Shown: in pieces, positions 60,174-64,000 of the stretch
Layout of the letters: each line of letters starts with the position of its first letter
How positions within the stretch are numbered: the first letter of the stretch is position 1
Origin: Candidatus Latescibacterota bacterium
GTDB lineage: Bacteria; Latescibacterota; UBA2968; UBA8231
DNA: 64,000 bases
NCBI GenBank assembly: GCA_965217585.1
Contig: OZ244561.1
Coordinates: forward strand, 3,232,001 to 3,296,000
Direction of reading: 5' to 3'
Translations under genes and position numbers: made by a program
Notes under the pieces: generated by a model
Database searches by the model: none
What the model was told of the DNA's origin: nothing
What the model saw: the letters and a program-made list of their open reading frames with translations, nothing else

Positions 60174-61439
60174 CAGGGCAATCGCATTATAACTGTCCAT
60201 GTGCCAATAGGTTCGCCAAATATTTGTGGTCCCACCCGGCCTTGAGCCGTTTGGTTTGCATGCCGGCTTTGGTCGTTTTGTCTTGCTGGAGTAGATTGAG
60301 CGCGATGTGGCGTATAACGGCCATATTTTCGGGGCCATGCCCCCGGCGTATGCGGGACTGATCTTCGTTGAAGACGACATCGAGGATCCAGTGTAATGAA
60401 TTTTCAATGGCCCAAGGACCGCGCACGGCCTGTCCCAATCGTTGGGCGTTGTTGTCCAGGGTGGAGATATAGTAGCGTCGTTCGACCGAAACGCTATCGC
60501 CGCGGTGCCGGGTGGCCTCGACCATACCGAACAGGCGTAAGCCCGGCCAGTGAGCATGATCGGCAAAAGCCTCAATCTGGTTGGTGGTCCAGTACTGCCG
60601 CGTTTCTCGACGCCCGTGGTTTTCGTCCTGAGTAAACCAATAATCTACGGTGGGGTCGGCGTGGAGTTTGGAGTCGGAACGGTCAAAGAGTTGTTGAAGA
60701 TGGGCGTGGAGTTGGGGTTGATTCTCCTTGACGGCCAGCACGTAGTCGGCCTCTTGTTCGACGACCTGTTCGGCCGTGCTTTTATGACACCCCAAGGCAT
60801 CGGGGGTGACCAGGCAGCCTTTGAGGTCTAAAACACGTAATAATTCGGGGATGAGCGCAATTTCTTCGAGGGCTTCTTCACCATGGAATTGCCCCAAGAC
60901 CAGCCGATTTTTTACCGCCCAAGCATGCACCCTGTGGATGGCGGCTTGGCCCGAGTCTGTATCGTAGGAGCGGCGCAGTGTCTTGCCATCCAGCGGCACG
61001 ATCTCGCCCTCGTCGGCCAACAGGGGCGTCAGCGATTGCACCCAAGCGGTAAAACAGTCTTGGAAATGCCAAGGCGAAATACGGGCCAACACACGACCGA
61101 AGGTATCATGCGAGGGGATGCCGTTCGGCACGGCTAGAAAGGTCTTAAGCCAGTCGGCTTTAGCCCGGCCAAATTCGGCGATCGCCACCCAGTTGTCGGC
61201 CCCACAAATGGAGCCGCACACCGCAATCATGAGAATATCAATCAAGCGATGCGCCCGACAACGCTCCATACGCGGGTCGGGGATATCGGCCAAATAATCC
61301 AGCAACCCCGAAGACGATGAGGACATGAAGAAACACTCCAGGCAAGAGGGAAATGGGAGGACATGAACCTAAGCTCCATAGAACGGCCAAAAGTAACATA
61401 ACCGCATGGTAAAAATTAACTTATAATGCGATTGCCCTG
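60174..61439 (-). mobile_element. ISAs1-family element
   Basis: IR cagggcaatcgcattataa / ttataatgcgattgccctg; 10-bp target duplication cacggtgccc. Confidence 0.94.
60187..61326 (-). CDS. ISAs1-family transposase
   Basis: DPR, PSHDTF, DGKTLR, VKENQ, HGRRE, WAIENSLHW.LDV.F.ED. Confidence 0.95.
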   Translation of the reverse strand: MSSSSSGLLDYLADIPDPRMERCRAHRLIDILMIAVCGSICGADNWVAIAEFGRAKADWLKTFLAVPNGIPSHDTFGRVLARISPWHFQDCFTAWVQSLTPLLADEGEIVPLDGKTLRRSYDTDSGQAAIHRVHAWAVKNRLVLGQFHGEEALEEIALIPELLRVLDLKGCLVTPDALGCHKSTAEQVVEQEADYVLAVKENQPQLHAHLQQLFDRSDSKLHADPTVDYWFTQDENHGRRETRQYWTTNQIEAFADHAHWPGLRLFGMVEATRHRGDSVSVERRYYISTLDNNAQRLGQAVRGPWAIENSLHWILDVVFNEDQSRIRRGHGPENMAVIRHIALNLLQQDKTTKAGMQTKRLKAGWDHKYLANLLAHGQL

Positions 61440-61565
61440 CACGGTGCCCTTGGCTTAGATCCCTTCGGGCCTTCGCCCAACCGTTGCGCGGTTCGGGGGC
61501 ACTGAAACGTTATACGAATGACAGAGTTAGAGGGATCAAGAGGCAATCAGGTAAGCCGATGTCGG

Positions 61566-62354
61566 ATGGGACGCACGGATTCGTACTTGATATGCTCCAC
61601 CCCACGCACAGGCAGTACTTTGTTATGTGGATTGCTGGAGTCCACGGAAGTCGCAGGTCGTCCTGAGTCATACTTCCGCCAGCCCGACGAGCAATCGTGG
61701 GCCGTCCGGTGGGGCATCGTCCGCTCGCCCGATGGGGTCTTTGAATATGCCGAATACGTGCGAGCGGCCCTTGCCTCAGGTAGGACCGAAAACGGAGTGT
61801 TTGCCGCAAGGATTATGTGGGGAACTTTGGACCATGTGGCCGACAAGTTAGGCGCGATCTATCCAACTCTCACTGGTGCCGATACCGAGCTATTGAACCA
61901 AGCGTTCGGCCATACGCGCTTTGTCTACCTGAAGCGCGACGATGTTCTGGCGCAGGCCGTGTCCTGGCACCGCGCCGAGCAAACCAACGTTTGGTTCGAG
62001 ACCGATCAGTCGGAATCGAAACAGCCCGAACAAGAACCCTGGTTCGACTTCGACCAGATCTGCAAGTTGGTTCAGGTGATCAATGAGCACAATGAGGCAT
62101 GGCGGGCGTGGTTTGCTTCGGTTGGTATTCAGCCACACCTAGTGCGGTACGAAGACCTTGCCGCTGACCCCGTCGGTGTGACTTGCGGCATTCTTGACTT
62201 CCTTAAGCTGGAGTTACCACCTGGGCGCAAGATTCAGACACGCCACAAGCGTCTAGCTGACGAACTCAACGCCCAATGGATCGACCGCTACCGAGCTGAG
62301 CAAGCAGAACGCTTGAGTGTGTCCTCGGAGTCCGAAAGGGACAAATTCGTATAA
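61566..62354 (+). CDS. Stf0-family sulfotransferase (cassette; start may be 61518)
   Basis: YLICSTPRTGSTLL, P.SYF, QAVSW.RAEQT, YEDL; bounded by gttatacgaat / attcgtataac with the stop codon inside the attC left end. Confidence 0.88.
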   Translation: MGRTDSYLICSTPRTGSTLLCGLLESTEVAGRPESYFRQPDEQSWAVRWGIVRSPDGVFEYAEYVRAALASGRTENGVFAARIMWGTLDHVADKLGAIYPTLTGADTELLNQAFGHTRFVYLKRDDVLAQAVSWHRAEQTNVWFETDQSESKQPEQEPWFDFDQICKLVQVINEHNEAWRAWFASVGIQPHLVRYEDLAADPVGVTCGILDFLKLELPPGRKIQTRHKRLADELNAQWIDRYRAEQAERLSVSSESERDKFV

Positions 62355-62437
62355 CACGACCATACCCGGCTACGGCCATTCGCGCCTTGGCCTTCAGCAA
62401 CCTGCTGCGCGGGGTCGCAAACCGAAAAACGTTAACG
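62349..62437 (+). other. attC site
   Basis: gtataac ... gttaacg; homologous to the sites at 59121, 50775 and 47178. Confidence 0.8.
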
Positions 62438-62472
62438 GAAATTTCAAAAATAGGAGGTTCAAGATCAGCTCT

Positions 62473-63630
62473 ATGAGCCTTTCACAAGATATTCAGGACT
62501 TAGCGCAAGAGGGTGCTGATTCTGTATTCGAGTATATCAATCGGACCGCCGAAATGACTCCTGAAGGGGCTAGATGGAAGACCCTTAGTATGCAGGACGA
62601 CTACTACTACGATATCAGCGTCTATAACGGAGTTGCAGGTATCAGCCTATTTCTCTCAGACTTCTTTCGCGTCACTGGCACTGCTAAGGCGCGCGATTTA
62701 GCCCTTGGAGCCAATCAGTGGTGTACGGCCAATGAACATACAGTTATTGGCAAGCGAAGGGGCTTGTGCGATGGTTGGACCGGTATTGGTATGGCTTGGC
62801 TTCACGCGTATACAGCGATTAATGAGTCACCTTTACTGACTGGAGCATATACCGCAGCGGATCGACTCACTCAAATGGATGCAGGCCCGGCGACGGAATT
62901 TCTGATTGGGGCGGCTGGTGAAGGGATATTCCTTATTCGGCTGTGGGAAGCCACCCGCAAAGACGCCTATCTCGAGGGTGCCCTTAAACAGGCGCAATGG
63001 TTAGAAAGCGTCGCTAGGCGAAATGAATTCGGCATACACTGGCCATTGATAGTCAATGATGCAACGCATGAACCCTTTCTTGGGTTTGTGCATGGTCCTG
63101 CTGGCATCGGGTATTTCTTCTTATTGCTGTACGAGGCAACAGGAGAACCACGCTGGTCGGAGCTCTGCCGTGAAATCGCGGATATGTTATTAAGGCGTGC
63201 GATCCCGGATCGAGGGGGTCTTAACTGGCCACAATTTGTACATGAAACAGAGGCTACGCGCTGCCAATGGTGCCACGGATCTCCGGGGGTAGGTCTTTTC
63301 TTTTCAAAAGCCTATGCGGTGTTAGAGGAAGAAGCGTACCTACAGACGGCAAAGGCCGCGGGTGAAACCACCTATGCTTATGGCGATGTACGAGCTAACC
63401 CCAGCCAATGTCATGGCTTGGCTGGCAATGCCGAGCTGTTTATTGAGTTGGCTAAGATTACAGACGATAAAATTTGGTCAGAACGAGCGTTTGAATTTGC
63501 GCAGAAAGCATTTAGTTACGAGAAGAGGGTGCCTGAAGGACCGATATGGCTTGCATCCGAATCTAGGTATGGATCTCCAGATTTCTTGACCGGTGCCGCA
63601 GGCGTTGGACACTTTTTTCTTAGGTTGTGA
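62473..63630 (+). CDS. LanC-like (lanthionine synthetase C) protein, cassette; 3' end may be clipped by IS
   Basis: YNGVAG, HGPAG, WCHGSPG, QCHGLAG, TGAAG. Confidence 0.88.
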   Translation: MSLSQDIQDLAQEGADSVFEYINRTAEMTPEGARWKTLSMQDDYYYDISVYNGVAGISLFLSDFFRVTGTAKARDLALGANQWCTANEHTVIGKRRGLCDGWTGIGMAWLHAYTAINESPLLTGAYTAADRLTQMDAGPATEFLIGAAGEGIFLIRLWEATRKDAYLEGALKQAQWLESVARRNEFGIHWPLIVNDATHEPFLGFVHGPAGIGYFFLLLYEATGEPRWSELCREIADMLLRRAIPDRGGLNWPQFVHETEATRCQWCHGSPGVGLFFSKAYAVLEEEAYLQTAKAAGETTYAYGDVRANPSQCHGLAGNAELFIELAKITDDKIWSERAFEFAQKAFSYEKRVPEGPIWLASESRYGSPDFLTGAAGVGHFFLRL

Positions 63631-64000
63631 TGTTACGCAGCCTTTAGCTGCTGTAATTCGTCAAAGGCGTGTCGAATGGCCTTGAGATAGAGTTTTGATC
63701 GGAGGGCAAACGGATTCATCCGATGCTTGATGCGCAGCCACTCTAGCGAGAAGGCCGCATAGATGGCCATAAAGACGTGATTGCTTTGGGTACGGACCCG
63801 TTTGGTCGGCGACTTGGCCAACGCGGCATGGGACTTGAGCGTTTTGTGAAAGACTTCGACTTTCCATCTTTTTTGATAGATCATCTCAAGGGCGTCTCCG
63901 TGTGGGTCGAGATCACTACAGGCCAGATACAAAAGGCCGGTGGAATCGTCTTTGTTTGTAAAGACTCGCCGATGCAGCAAGACTGGAAAAGGGAGTCCTT
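63628..64000 (-). mobile_element. IS701-like element, partial (runs off the window)
   Basis: YQKRWKVEVFHKTLK...SPTKRVRTQSNH; end tgatgttacgcag. Confidence 0.8.

Larger units (their letters stand above)
60158..61515 (+). other. attC site split by ISAs1 insertion
   Basis: Reconstructed gtataac-acggtgccc...gggcactgaaac-gttatac. Confidence 0.8.

Overview
64-kb accessory region of a moderately GC-rich Gram-negative-type bacterium. PhyH dioxygenases, enolase-superfamily genes, a CE15 esterase and beta-barrel proteins would fit a Latescibacterota/Poribacteria-like lineage (weak inference). Left part (1-26 kb): a beta-propeller/AAA+ regulator, outer-membrane protein genes, a kinase-like-Omp85/DUF4956/YjiK cluster, a MazEF pair, a 4.68-kb cargo-carrying IS1595 element with a nested IS, and a solo tnpB. 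Middle (27-39.7 kb): a type 3 BREX locus bounded by an exact 22-bp direct repeat, with brxF inactivated, brxHII absent, and an unknown ATPase + hypothetical gene pair in its place. Right part (43.5-64 kb): an integron-type cassette array with six clear and two degenerate attC sites and complementary cassette boundaries but no integrase gene in the window. It is organised around three copies of a ~150-bp attI-like platform and is invaded by five IS elements. No rRNA, tRNA or CRISPR array was seen. All assignments come from reading motifs by eye; no database search was run.
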